Shown here in pieces: positions 27,775 to 37,986 of a stretch of DNA of 64,000 nucleotides (position 1 is its first letter; each line of letters starts with the position of its first letter). This stretch comes from a virus (taxonomy: Duplodnaviria > Caudoviricetes), in the IMG/VR virus record IMGVR_UViG_3300033075_000927, positions 14,404 through 78,403 of that record; one strand, given 5' to 3'. A model generated the notes under the pieces. The model was not told where the DNA came from, did no database searches, and saw only the letters and a list, made by a program, of their open reading frames with translations. A program made the translations under genes and the position numbers.

Positions 27775-30700
27775 CGTGCAAGTTCCATTAGTCGTTGAGA
27801 TTTTGCGGAGTCTGCTGAGGCATCAGCAATGACCTCCAGGGTCTCGATCTGGGCCTTCCCTACGGCTTGGGCAACGCGGACGTTGGCTGCGGCGTGCTGC
27901 TTCAGTTCGGCCACCTCGGCTCGCAGGGCACGCAACTCAGCCACCAGCTCTGAGTTGTCGCCCTGCCCAGAGTAGCCAGCCAGCAGGTCGCGAGTCTGCT
28001 GGGCAGAATAGATACGTGCAGCCCCCGTCACCTCAAGTTCTGGGCCGTTCTCGCCTACTAGGCGCATGCCTCCTGCGTGGAAGCCGCCACGGGCGAAGGC
28101 CAGCCCTTCCTTACGCCACTGCGCGGCTATTTCAGGGTACGTCAAGGCCAGCGAGGCCATGTCTGATGCGGAGTTGGTGGACAGTGGCACCTTGGTTCCA
28201 TCGGCCTTTGTCCATACAGCACCGGAGCCTGTATTGCGGACGGTCCCACCAGCCCAGTCTACGGTAGTGCCGGCAGCTGTACCGAGGAAGTCCTTAGTGG
28301 CCTTCAACGCAGCTTCTGCTGGTTGTGCTAGATACTGATTAGCCCAAGCACTGTTCAGGTCTGGGTTAGTCTTTGCCAGGTCCACTACCGACGCTCCACT
28401 GGAGATTGTCGATGTACCGCTCGGTCCAGTTACCGTAGATTGCCCGTTCCCGGTATTTGTAACAGTGACGTTGCTGCCAGGTATTTTCGCACTCTGACCA
28501 ACAGACGAGGTTCTGAACCAGCTGTCGTAGTCAGCTTGCATCCGAGACAGTAAACTAGCGTTTGTGGCCAGAATCGACACCAACCCTGACGTGTTGCCTT
28601 TAATCGCTTCGAGTAGAGTTATTTGGCCGTTGCCGTCAGCGTCAATAGCAGTGAACACCTTGTTCAGGGTTGACTCGCTAGCCATGCTGGAAAATTTAGC
28701 CAACATCTCCTTAAGTGACACAGTTGAGTCGCCGTTTGTATCTATATACCGCAGGTGACTTACCAGGTCAACAGAGATGGCTGATGACACGGAGCTGGTG
28801 TATAGCTGCATGGATTCACTGAGTGACTTGACACTGCTGCCTATTTCCTTAAGTGCTTCCAGCTGCCTCTCAGCGTCGGTAAGCTCAGCTACTGCCGACT
28901 CCTTAGCCACCTTGGCTGCCGCCTCAGTCGCTGTCAACATAGTATTCACGCCAGCTAGGTCTGTGAAGTATCCCTGGCTAGATGCGTAATAGGAGGAAGA
29001 GGCGTCCAGGAACTTGCCTGCTACGTCTGAGAACTCAGCCATAGCAGACTTGTCACCTGACCGCACCAGAGCCTGATTCTTGTCTAACTCAACTTTCGCT
29101 GCCCTGTAGGCCTCCTGCGGGCTGAGTTGTGACTTATTAAGACTTATATCTGTCCTGAACTTCGCCAAAGACTCCAGCACAGTAGTGAAGTCGTTTACAG
29201 CACTCTGCAATGAGCTGATCAGCTCACCAAGAGCTGACACCATAGCGTCCTTAGCCTCGGACACCGCCTCCATAGCGTTGACGTGATCAAATAAGGCTCT
29301 GTTGCCTGGCAAAATCTGAGCACGCTCCAGGGCCAGAAGCTCTGTACGAGTCATTGTCGCTTCATTCAACCGCTGCTGCAGCCCCTTCTGCTCTTTTGCC
29401 AGCTGAACAGAGTCAAACAGCGCCTGATTGCCTGGCAAAATCTGAGCACGCTCCAGAGCCAGAAGCTCTGTGCGAGACATAGTTGCCTCATTCAACTGCT
29501 GCTGCAGCCCTTTCTGCTCTTCTGCCAGCTGAACAGAGTCAAACAGTGCCTGATTGCCTGGCAAAATCTGAGCACGCTCCAGAGCCAGCAGCTCTGTGCG
29601 AGACATAGTTGCTTCGTTAAGACGCTGTTCCAGACTTTTACGCTCTTCTGCCAGCTGAACAGAGTCAAACAAAGCCTGATTGCCTGGCAGAATCTGAGCA
29701 CGCTCCAGAGCCAGAAGCTCTGTACGAGTCATTGTAGCTTCATTAAGTCTCTGATCTAAGCTCTTACGCTCTTCTGCCAACTGTACAGAGTCAAACAGCG
29801 CCTGATTGCCTGGCAAAATCTGAGCACGCTCCAGAGCCAGAAGCTCTGTACGAGTCATTGTAGCTTCATTAAGACGTTGTTGCAGGTCTTTAGCCTCTTC
29901 CAGCGTAGCGACGGCAAACAACAGACCTACATTTGATATGTCGTACTGCTTGGCCTCCTGCTCCAGCAGCTGGGTCTTTGTCATGCTTGCGGCATTCCAA
30001 CGGTCTGTCAGACCTGCCAGCTGAGTTTCGCGGGTGACCTGATCCTCCAGGGCGAAGATACGGCGGCGGCTGACTTTCTCGTCTTCGCTCAGCAGCGCGA
30101 TGTCGAGTTCTCTCTGACGGTTCAGAGCCTCCTGCGATTTGCCCTGGGCGTTCAGGATGGCGATCTGGGCCTGCTGCTCGGCGTTCCACCAGCCATAGGC
30201 GCGGGACAGGGCCTCCTGAGCGGTCTCGCCAACCTTCTGGATGGACTGAATCCCGCCGACCTGGCCTGCTACGCCCTCGGCATACGTAGCAACCTGGTCA
30301 GACAGAATCTGGGCAAACTTGGCCTGCACCTGCTCAGCAGTCATGCCATCCTGCTTGAACTCGGTGGCAGCCTCGTCGATTTTCAGTGTGTAGCCTGCGA
30401 TGCGCGAGGCATCCATGCCCAGCGCGTCCGCCATAGCCTTGGTGCTGCCGATGATCTGGCCGGTGGCCTGGTTCATCACGTTGGTCAGCTCTGCCGAGTC
30501 GGTGCGATCCTTCCAGTATTTTGGGCCACTGAACAAGGTTCCAGACTTGCGCATATTGGCGTAAGTCTCAATGTCCGAAGACGCGCCAATGGTGCCGCTC
30601 AGGCCAGTGCCAACCTGCTTCGTCTTACGGAACACGCCAAGTGCGTTGAGGGCTACAAGGGCGGCAGCTGCAGGCCCTGCAACTGAGGCCAAGGCCGAGC

Positions 30701-33700
30701 CAGCGGATGCGCCAGCCGCCGCTCCAGGGGCTGCGATGTGGCCGGCACTGGTCAGTGATGTGACCATCTGAGCGGTAGTGCCCTTCAGGCCCACCAGGCT
30801 CTGCGCCCCGGCTGCCAGGGCGCTGGTGAATCCACTGACAGCCCCACTGGCTGTTGCAAGCACACCAGAGCCGCCAAACAGGGTTGACAGACTGGAGGCC
30901 CCGCTCAGCGCTGACAGTGCGGTAGAGCCGGATGCGGCTCCAAAGAGATTCGAGCCGACCAAACTCTGCACCCCGCCTGCGACCGCTGTCGTGAACGGTT
31001 GGATCAGAGCCTTCACGACCAGAGTGAAGGGCTCAGACACCAGCTGCTTCTCCAGAATGGCCCGCAGGCGGTCGCCACCCTCACGCCCGCCAGTCAGCAG
31101 CGCATCAACGATGCCGTCTGACAGGGCATTGGACATGGTCTCGACACGTTGACGGAACTCCTTCCGGTACACAGCAGACACCGTGGCAGCTGCCTCAGTC
31201 TGGAGCTGGACTTCGAGGTCGGTGCGGCCCGCCACCAGCTCGCGTACCTGAGCGTCTAAATTATCAGCCAAGCGGTGCTTGGCTTCCCAGACTTTGTCGT
31301 CAGCAGCCAGCTCAGCGTCTGCACGCAGGCGGTCACGGGCCTGAATCTTGTCGAGTGACTCAAGGTCGAACTTGCGCAGCTCTTTCTTGGCCTCCAGCTC
31401 GATCTTCAGGCGAGCCTGAGTGGCCTCAAGGTCTACACCTCCAAGTCCCAGCGTCTTGTCGGCCATTGCCTGCTCATCACGGATGGCCTGCACGCGATCC
31501 TTAGAGTTTGCGATGGCCGTCTCGTTAGCCTTGCGCAGCTTGTCCAGCTCCTTGTACTGGTCGGTGGCCAAGCGGCGCTCGCGCTTGTTGGCTTCCTCGT
31601 CAATGCTTGCCATGCGGTTGTTGAATTCCTCAGCCGCATTGAGCAGCTTGGCATTCAGCTCCTGCACCCGGTTCGCCTTGTCGTTGTCGCTGATCTGCGA
31701 CTTGGGCATGGCAGACAGCCCGGTCAGCAGGTGGTCGATCTCGGCAGCATAGCTCAGCCAGCCGGATATGGCAGCCGCTTTCTGAGCCTTCTCGCCCTCG
31801 ATGGTGATCGAGGTGATGCGTGACTGGTACTCGCCTTCCTGCACCATGTTGGCATCACGGAAGTCCTTCAGCGCCTCAGCCTCACTGCTCAGTCGGCTGC
31901 GCAGCCCGTCAAGTTCTGTCTTGTTGGCTTTGGCGATCTCATCCAGACGGTTGTAGCGCAGCTCGTTGTCGAGCTTGTTTTGAGCGGCGGTTCCGGCAAG
32001 TTGGCGCTGCTGCTCAGCCAAAAACTTGTCAGTGCCGGTCTTTGCTGCAGCTTGGCGAGCTGCCTGCAGAGCTTTAGTCACTTCAGCGTTCTTCTTTGCC
32101 GCTGCGATGTTGGCATCAAGTGCGACCTGCTCCTTGGATGAGGCCTTATCTTTGGCTGCCAAGGCTGTGGTCAGCGCCGACTCTGCTTTGGCTGTATCGT
32201 TTACGGCCTTAGTTATCTGAGCCTGCAGAACTACTGCAGCTTGCTGCGACCCGCCACCGTTGGTCTTCTCGAAGATGTCCAACAGCTCATTGGCTTGCTT
32301 GGCGTAGCGGTCACGTTCAGCACGCAGAAGGCTGGTGTCCGAGTTGTCAGCCTTGATGGCCCTGCTCGCCCGCAACTGCTCAACTGTCATGTTGGCCAGC
32401 ATTGCGTCGGTATTTTCGTTGAGGCGGGCAGTCTCGGCCTCCAGCTCCTTGATGCGTCGCTCCGAAGCCGTGGAGTTCGCCGCGTCCTCCATTGCCTGTG
32501 TCGAAGACCCGACCACCGACTCGTACAGCATCCAGGCCCCTGTCGCCACTGCAAGCACAACCCCGACGTAGGGCAGAGCGGCTGCAAACAGCTTGGAGGC
32601 TGTGATGGCTGCGTATTTTGCCCCGGTGTTCGCCCAGGTGGCCAGCGTGTCTGCCTGGGTGGCAGAAGTGGCGATGGCCTTCTGGACAGCCAGGGGGCCC
32701 TGCGCCACGCGCTCAGCCGTCACGGCAGCCGTTGCAGCCCAAGAGCCGGTGGTGGCCAGCGTCTGCGCCTTCGTGTAGAAGGTCATCAGCTCCAGCGAGT
32801 GGCCGACAGCCAGTCGCAGTCCGATATAAGCAGCGGTCAGGGTGGCCAGAACCCCAGCATTCTCGTTGGCAAACCTGGCCAGAGAGACCAGACCGCCTGC
32901 TAAGTTGAGTGTGAGCTGAAGCAGAGATTCGAGGTTCGACCGGAAGCTGTCGGAGCGGAACAAGTCCTGCAGAGCCAACGCCACCCCGCTGGCCTCAGAC
33001 TTGACACTGCTGAAGGCGCTGACCAGAGACGACTGCAGGGCAGATACTGCGGTCTCCATCTGCTTGAGAGGGGTTTCCGACAGCTCAATCCTGGCCATGA
33101 TCTGGAACCCAGCGCTATCACCGATGGAGTCGCGCATGCGCTGAAGACGGTTCTTTACGCCCTCCTCGAAGCCTTCTACCACAGCCTGGCCTGAGCGCTT
33201 GGCGAACTCACGGGCTACCTTCTCCTCCTCGATCACCAGCTCGCGCAGCTCGACCATAGGCTTGCCGCCGCGCTCGCTCAGAATCGTGAGCAGAGCGTTC
33301 TTCTGCGCAGTGCCATCCAGACGAGACAGTCCCTTGTCGAACTCCATCGTCAGGGTCACCAAGTCTTTGAACTTGCCGCTCTGGTCGCGCAGCTCAAGTC
33401 CCAGCTCCTTCATGGCCTTGGTCACCTTCGGGGTGCGGCCAGACAGGTCGGTGTACATATTGCGCAGTGCAGTACCTGCAGCCGTACCTTGGATACCCAG
33501 GTTTGCCAAGGCTGCGATGCCGACACCCGCGTCTTCCAGCGACACACCGAACTGCTTGTGGATCACCGATGCGGTTTTGAAAGCCTCGCCTACCGACTCG
33601 ACCGAAGCCTTGGACACGGCTGCCGTCTTGGCAATCACATCACCGACATAGTTGAAGCCGGTGGCCGTCACGTTGAAGGCGGTGGCCACCGAGGTCATTA

Positions 33701-35282
33701 CGTCAGCTGCCTGCTTCAGGTCTGTCGTACCGGCCACAGCGAAGTTCATCACGTCGCGGATTGCCACGCTGACATCGCCAGCGCTCATGCCGGCCAGCGA
33801 CAGGGTCTTCATGGCCTCAGCCACTTCCAGCGGCCCGACCGGGCCAGTGCTGGCGAGCTGAAGCAGCTGGTCGTTCAGGCCAGAAATGGCTTCTTGGGTC
33901 TCGCCAGACAGCACGCGGATGGTCTGCAAGGTGTGGTCAACCTGAGTGCCCATCTTGACACTGAACGCAGTGCCGAAACTGATGGCTGCGCCGGCCAGCA
34001 GAGGCAGCATCTCGCCCCAGGTCAGCCAAAGCATGTTGAAGCCGGAGGCGAGGCCTCGGCTGGCCGAGTGCAAGGTGTTGGCCTCGAACGTAACACCGCG
34101 CAGCGAGCGAGCCAGCTCGTCGGCCCGGTCGCGGGCTTGGCGCGTGCTGGTGGCGGCGGCCACCATTTTGCGATTGAATTCCTCTTTGCTTCGTAGCTGC
34201 TCCTTCTGGAACCTCTGCTCCTCCCTTAACACGTCGCTTTGCCAGCCAGATAGGCTAGTCTGCATACCCTTTATCCATGAGTTGTGCGATGCAAGTTTTT
34301 CCGCCTCAGCCGCTCTCTGCTTACTGGCTGACTCCTTCTGGAACCTCTGTTCCTCTCTTAACACGTCGCTTTGCCAGCCAGATAGGCTAGTCTGCATACC
34401 CTTTATCCAGGAGTTGTGCGATGCAAGTTTTTCTGCCTCGGCAGCCCTCTGCTTGGCTACCTCAGACCTAGTCACCTCAGTATTCAGCTTAACGGCGCTC
34501 TGTCGCTCGGCCCACAACTCCTTGTCTATAGCCCCGAGCCGCACACCGCGTGCCTTATACTCTGCAAGTGTGTCTATTGGCAGCAGATCATCCGCCTTAA
34601 TGGATTTATAGCTTACGCCCTCACCAAGTTTTTCATATGTTTTGCGATACAGCGCGTCGTACTCAGCCTGCCACTTGGCAAGTTGGCTGATGCGGAAGTT
34701 AAGCTGGTCGGCATTTTTGTCAACCTCCTTTAATGCCTCCTTCATGCCGTCTTGTCCGAGGTCTACCTTTGGTTTTTTCTTCTTCAACCTGTTCTCGAAG
34801 TCCTGATCCACCTTTATATAGGCGGCTGTGGCCATGCCAACCCTGTCTACAGCGTCCTCGAACTGCTTGGCAGCAGATGTGAACTGGCTTGTAAAGGCTT
34901 TGACAGATGCTGCTGAGGCTCCTTTCCTGGGCAGGTCTACAGACCCGAGCTTCTCAGAAGCTTCCTGCAGCTGTTTGGCAGCGTCCCGCAGAAGCTTGGC
35001 GTGGTCCTGAGCGGCTCTACGCAGGTTTGTGGCATCCTTCCTGAACGAGTTGGCTCGCTGTTCCATGCGACTTGCCATACTGGACAAGGCCTCAACCGAC
35101 CCGCCTGCAGCCCCCTCCATCTCCGCAACCATCTTCCTCAAGTCCTTGGCTGAGGACTTACCGGCACCGTCAAGCACAGCTACCGTCTTCAGGGCTGATG
35201 CCTGTAGCCGCTTCAAGGCCGCAGACGCAGCCTTCTCCATCTCCGGGGCTGTGGATGTGAACTCAAAGACAAGGTCGGTCAT
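27771..35282 (-). CDS. tape measure protein (TP901-type core, about 2500 aa)
   Basis: Helical Ala-rich; SKASVESVGEAFK...LANLGIQGTAAGTALRN core; C-terminal FARGG...LVGENGPEL. Confidence 0.92.
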   Translation of the reverse strand: MTDLVFEFTSTAPEMEKAASAALKRLQASALKTVAVLDGAGKSSAKDLRKMVAEMEGAAGGSVEALSSMASRMEQRANSFRKDATNLRRAAQDHAKLLRDAAKQLQEASEKLGSVDLPRKGASAASVKAFTSQFTSAAKQFEDAVDRVGMATAAYIKVDQDFENRLKKKKPKVDLGQDGMKEALKEVDKNADQLNFRISQLAKWQAEYDALYRKTYEKLGEGVSYKSIKADDLLPIDTLAEYKARGVRLGAIDKELWAERQSAVKLNTEVTRSEVAKQRAAEAEKLASHNSWIKGMQTSLSGWQSDVLREEQRFQKESASKQRAAEAEKLASHNSWIKGMQTSLSGWQSDVLREEQRFQKEQLRSKEEFNRKMVAAATSTRQARDRADELARSLRGVTFEANTLHSASRGLASGFNMLWLTWGEMLPLLAGAAISFGTAFSVKMGTQVDHTLQTIRVLSGETQEAISGLNDQLLQLASTGPVGPLEVAEAMKTLSLAGMSAGDVSVAIRDVMNFAVAGTTDLKQAADVMTSVATAFNVTATGFNYVGDVIAKTAAVSKASVESVGEAFKTASVIHKQFGVSLEDAGVGIAALANLGIQGTAAGTALRNMYTDLSGRTPKVTKAMKELGLELRDQSGKFKDLVTLTMEFDKGLSRLDGTAQKNALLTILSERGGKPMVELRELVIEEEKVAREFAKRSGQAVVEGFEEGVKNRLQRMRDSIGDSAGFQIMARIELSETPLKQMETAVSALQSSLVSAFSSVKSEASGVALALQDLFRSDSFRSNLESLLQLTLNLAGGLVSLARFANENAGVLATLTAAYIGLRLAVGHSLELMTFYTKAQTLATTGSWAATAAVTAERVAQGPLAVQKAIATSATQADTLATWANTGAKYAAITASKLFAAALPYVGVVLAVATGAWMLYESVVGSSTQAMEDAANSTASERRIKELEAETARLNENTDAMLANMTVEQLRASRAIKADNSDTSLLRAERDRYAKQANELLDIFEKTNGGGSQQAAVVLQAQITKAVNDTAKAESALTTALAAKDKASSKEQVALDANIAAAKKNAEVTKALQAARQAAAKTGTDKFLAEQQRQLAGTAAQNKLDNELRYNRLDEIAKANKTELDGLRSRLSSEAEALKDFRDANMVQEGEYQSRITSITIEGEKAQKAAAISGWLSYAAEIDHLLTGLSAMPKSQISDNDKANRVQELNAKLLNAAEEFNNRMASIDEEANKRERRLATDQYKELDKLRKANETAIANSKDRVQAIRDEQAMADKTLGLGGVDLEATQARLKIELEAKKELRKFDLESLDKIQARDRLRADAELAADDKVWEAKHRLADNLDAQVRELVAGRTDLEVQLQTEAAATVSAVYRKEFRQRVETMSNALSDGIVDALLTGGREGGDRLRAILEKQLVSEPFTLVVKALIQPFTTAVAGGVQSLVGSNLFGAASGSTALSALSGASSLSTLFGGSGVLATASGAVSGFTSALAAGAQSLVGLKGTTAQMVTSLTSAGHIAAPGAAAGASAGSALASVAGPAAAALVALNALGVFRKTKQVGTGLSGTIGASSDIETYANMRKSGTLFSGPKYWKDRTDSAELTNVMNQATGQIIGSTKAMADALGMDASRIAGYTLKIDEAATEFKQDGMTAEQVQAKFAQILSDQVATYAEGVAGQVGGIQSIQKVGETAQEALSRAYGWWNAEQQAQIAILNAQGKSQEALNRQRELDIALLSEDEKVSRRRIFALEDQVTRETQLAGLTDRWNAASMTKTQLLEQEAKQYDISNVGLLFAVATLEEAKDLQQRLNEATMTRTELLALERAQILPGNQALFDSVQLAEERKSLDQRLNEATMTRTELLALERAQILPGNQALFDSVQLAEERKSLEQRLNEATMSRTELLALERAQILPGNQALFDSVQLAEEQKGLQQQLNEATMSRTELLALERAQILPGNQALFDSVQLAKEQKGLQQRLNEATMTRTELLALERAQILPGNRALFDHVNAMEAVSEAKDAMVSALGELISSLQSAVNDFTTVLESLAKFRTDISLNKSQLSPQEAYRAAKVELDKNQALVRSGDKSAMAEFSDVAGKFLDASSSYYASSQGYFTDLAGVNTMLTATEAAAKVAKESAVAELTDAERQLEALKEIGSSVKSLSESMQLYTSSVSSAISVDLVSHLRYIDTNGDSTVSLKEMLAKFSSMASESTLNKVFTAIDADGNGQITLLEAIKGNTSGLVSILATNASLLSRMQADYDSWFRTSSVGQSAKIPGSNVTVTNTGNGQSTVTGPSGTSTISSGASVVDLAKTNPDLNSAWANQYLAQPAEAALKATKDFLGTAAGTTVDWAGGTVRNTGSGAVWTKADGTKVPLSTNSASDMASLALTYPEIAAQWRKEGLAFARGGFHAGGMRLVGENGPELEVTGAARIYSAQQTRDLLAGYSGQGDNSELVAELRALRAEVAELKQHAAANVRVAQAVGKAQIETLEVIADASADSAKSQRLMELAR
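28608..28742 (-). other. EF-hand pair within TMP
   Basis: DTNGDSTVSLKE and DADGNGQITLLE loops. Confidence 0.7.
29288..29882 (-). repeat. 126-bp (42-aa) tandem repeat, about 5 copies, in TMP
   Basis: GAGCACGCTCCAG at 29318, 29444, 29570, 29696, 29822. Confidence 0.95.
34200..34455 (-). repeat. 132-bp (44-aa) duplication in TMP N-terminus
   Basis: TCCTTCTGGAACCTCTG at 34201 and 34333. Confidence 0.92.
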
Positions 35283-35336
35283 GCTGGTTTCCTGTTCGCT
35301 GCTATGCAGCGATGGTACCCGGAACCGGAAAAAATG

Positions 35337-35360
35337 AAGCCCCGGCAGGCGGGGCTTTTC
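35337..35360. terminator. intrinsic terminator-like hairpin upstream of TMP
   Basis: AAGCCCC-ggcaggc-GGGGCTT flanked by A and T runs. Confidence 0.6.
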
Positions 35361-35702
35361 ACTTATTGGACGACTTCGCTGGCTTTTTCGCCTCAATCCG
35401 ATCTCGCCAGTGCGCGTCCAGGCGACGCATCAGGCCCCAAAGCTCCTCGGCTTCGTCAATCTCCACCGAGTGCAACCAGCAGTAGGCCTGGAAAACCGGA
35501 AGGCTGATCGGCAGCAGCCCGGACATGCTGTAGGGCCTACTGCCGGAAAGCTCTAGGAATGCGTCATACAGATTCTGCTGGTAGACGCTCAGCTTGGGCT
35601 GGGAGCTGATGGCCTTGGGTACGATGCCAGTCTGCTCCATCATCTCGTAGAGGGCTGGCAGCTCCTGGCCCCACTCTACACTCCACGAGATGTAGTCCGT
35701 CA
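35359..35702 (-). CDS. tail assembly chaperone GT extension (-1 frameshift product)
   Basis: The -1 frame is open from the slippery site through MMEQTGIVPK to the stop at 35359. Confidence 0.8.
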
Positions 35703-36095
35703 GTTTTTTTCGTCTTCCTCGTCCTGGTGAACCTTGAATCGCTCAAGTTCGGCAGACGCGGTGTCGATGACCTCGCGGAAGTCCTTCATCTCCAGCAGCA
35801 GCTCGTAGGCAGTTTGCTGGCTGTACGGCAGATCCTTGCCGTCAACCTGCACGTTCTTCCAGCCCAGCAGGATGGTCTTCGACATCACTTCACACATGAT
35901 CTCGTCAGCCTTCTTCTCGGCTGCGTCGCCCTTGCCTTCAACGACCAGGCGATTGGCCTTCCACAACTTGCTGAACAGCTTGCGGTGGGTGGGGTTGAAC
36001 TTGCGGGCGATGATGAAGGTGGAGTCGCCGTACTCGAAGGGCACGCCCTTGATTTCGGCTTCGGTGTCGGTTGCAAAGGCTTTGCGCAGATCCAT
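35700..36095 (-). CDS. tail assembly chaperone G
   Basis: ILLGWKNV...LPYS..A; lies between tube and TMP; ends GAA AAA AAC TGA. Confidence 0.85.
   Translation of the reverse strand: MDLRKAFATDTEAEIKGVPFEYGDSTFIIARKFNPTHRKLFSKLWKANRLVVEGKGDAAEKKADEIMCEVMSKTILLGWKNVQVDGKDLPYSQQTAYELLLEMKDFREVIDTASAELERFKVHQDEEDEKN
35703..35709 (-). promoter_or_regulatory. -1 programmed frameshift slippery heptamer A AAA AAC
   Basis: X XXY YYZ heptamer immediately before the G stop. Confidence 0.8.
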
Positions 36096-36107
36096 GTCAG
36101 TCTTTCA

Positions 36108-36224
36108 GTTGGTTGGTGACGTGGGGATTGTACCCGGCTTCGAGCCCAGTGCAAACGAAAAAGCCGCCCAGGGCTTGCACCGAGGGCGGCAAAGGAAGTT
36201 GCAGCGAGCAACCCACCAACCAAC
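36108..36224 (-). promoter_or_regulatory. structured intergenic element: terminator, promoter and 11-bp long-range stem
   Basis: GCCGCCC/GGGCGGC plus T5; TTGCAC-16-TACAAT; GTTGGTTGGTG/CACCAACCAAC. Confidence 0.5.
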
Positions 36225-36229
36225 AGGTA

Positions 36230-37450
36230 TCAGACCACTGCAGACCCAATTCTGTCCACAAACAGAGTCTTGCGCAGGGCGGAGACAGCGTTGCTGTCAT
36301 CGTTCAGGCCCATGAACGAGATGGAGGCCATCACGTCAGTGTCCTTGCTGCCAGCATTGATCTTGTGGGTGGAGATGTTGGCGGCAGGCAAGGTGAAGAC
36401 GTAGCCGTTGCCAGCGCCGTCCACCGAGCTGAAGATGATCTGCGAATTGGCATTGCTGATGAAGCGGTCGAACAGCACACCGTCGCTGAAGTAGACCTCA
36501 ACGTCCACCGTGCAGTTGATCGTGCCGCTGCCGATGCCCACCGCACCCAGGGTGCAGATGCCGTCCTGGGTGCGCAGGGCGTTGTCGAACGACAGGGACA
36601 CCGACTTGGCGAATGTGCCGGTCAGGGGTGTGGTGCCAAGCCAAATCTGGCAGGCTGCCGTGTTGCTCACACCAGACTGGGTGCCGTAGGCGTAGGAGTC
36701 AACAGGCGTGCCGGGCAAGTTGGTGACCGTGTTGCGCACCGCATCCTTGCCCATGAAGTCGAAGTTGATCGTGGACAGGCTGCCAGAAGAGATGCCGATG
36801 TCCATCTTGGACGGTGTCATGCCACGGTGGTTGAAGAACTGGCCGACGTCGGTCAGCTGGCGCTCCAGTGAGAACGAGGTCTGGGTGCTGCCGTGTGTCA
36901 GGCGGCTGGTCTGCAGCGCCACGTTGGCCACAGCGGAGCCGACAGCCGCAGGCGTGTTGGCATCCAGGGTGATGACTGTGGCCGTGGGAGCTGTCACAGT
37001 GGATACGCGCAGCAGTCGCCCGTTGTTGGCGTTCGCGCCAGCACTGACTCGGAACCACTGGCCACGCTGCAGGGTGGTGAAGGCCGAGCCGCCGGTGGGT
37101 GCCACGGTGGCTGTGATCGTGGTGGCGGTGAAGTCTGCCGTGAAGGTGGCGCCGACCCCGTTGGTACCGTAGGCGGCCCAGGTGCTTTGCAGGGTGCCAG
37201 CCATCAGCAAGTCGTATTCAGCGTACTGCAGCTCGCCCTGGATGCCGCCAGTCGCGGAGGCGCTGACAGGGCTCATGGACGAGGTGGTGCGAGTCGAGTT
37301 GATCTCAGCCGAGGCGGTCTTCTCAATGGAGAAGTCCAGGCTCTCGCCTGTCATGCGCAGGCGGCGGTAGTTGCCTGTGGTGGGTGTGACGCCAAAGGTG
37401 GCTTCAGGGATGTAGCCGAGTGCGGCTGCGGAAGTTGATGCAAGAGGCAT
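36230..37450 (-). CDS. major tail tube protein
   Basis: LGYIPEATFGVTP...LRMTGESL...SAEI...GGIQGEL (phage tube_2-like). Confidence 0.88.
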   Translation of the reverse strand: MPLASTSAAALGYIPEATFGVTPTTGNYRRLRMTGESLDFSIEKTASAEINSTRTTSSMSPVSASATGGIQGELQYAEYDLLMAGTLQSTWAAYGTNGVGATFTADFTATTITATVAPTGGSAFTTLQRGQWFRVSAGANANNGRLLRVSTVTAPTATVITLDANTPAAVGSAVANVALQTSRLTHGSTQTSFSLERQLTDVGQFFNHRGMTPSKMDIGISSGSLSTINFDFMGKDAVRNTVTNLPGTPVDSYAYGTQSGVSNTAACQIWLGTTPLTGTFAKSVSLSFDNALRTQDGICTLGAVGIGSGTINCTVDVEVYFSDGVLFDRFISNANSQIIFSSVDGAGNGYVFTLPAANISTHKINAGSKDTDVMASISFMGLNDDSNAVSALRKTLFVDRIGSAVV

Positions 37451-37554
37451 TGTTTGGCTCCGTGGTGGGATGTGCCAGCATCATGCCCCGTGCAGGCGAG
37501 GAAGTGAACCCAGCAAGTTCCGGTTACAGGCTTGCTGAACGCCAAAGTTCCGAC

Positions 37555-37986
37555 TTACGGGATATTGACCACCACATCGAACCAAAACGGCACACCGACG
37601 TTGCTTTTGTACCAGCCGTCAGCCTTTCGGTCTGGGCGCATGTCCGTCAGCAGGGTGCGAACAATGCCGTGCGTGCGCCCGTGCAGGCGCGTGTAGAAGA
37701 AGTCCAGTAGGGCCAGGTTCTTGGTCGAGCCCAGGCCTTCCTTGGTGTTCGCCTCCAGCACCAGCACACCGATGTGACGGTGGAATGGCTTTCTGTTCAG
37801 GTCGCCCTGATAGGCATCCACAAACTTGACGTTCACGTCCAACCAGGTCTCATGCTGCTCGTGCTGGCTGACGGAGTCCCGGTTGTCGTAGTCCACCAGC
37901 AGCGGTTGGCCTGTGGCCGTCACGTAGGCGGCCCGCACCGCTTCTACAGCGGTGACGAGGTCTGCGCGGGCTTGGACAAGGCTCAT
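37555..37986 (-). CDS. tail terminator/neck protein
   Basis: Position upstream of the tube gene; ATG 37986. Confidence 0.6.
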   Translation of the reverse strand: MSLVQARADLVTAVEAVRAAYVTATGQPLLVDYDNRDSVSQHEQHETWLDVNVKFVDAYQGDLNRKPFHRHIGVLVLEANTKEGLGSTKNLALLDFFYTRLHGRTHGIVRTLLTDMRPDRKADGWYKSNVGVPFWFDVVVNIP

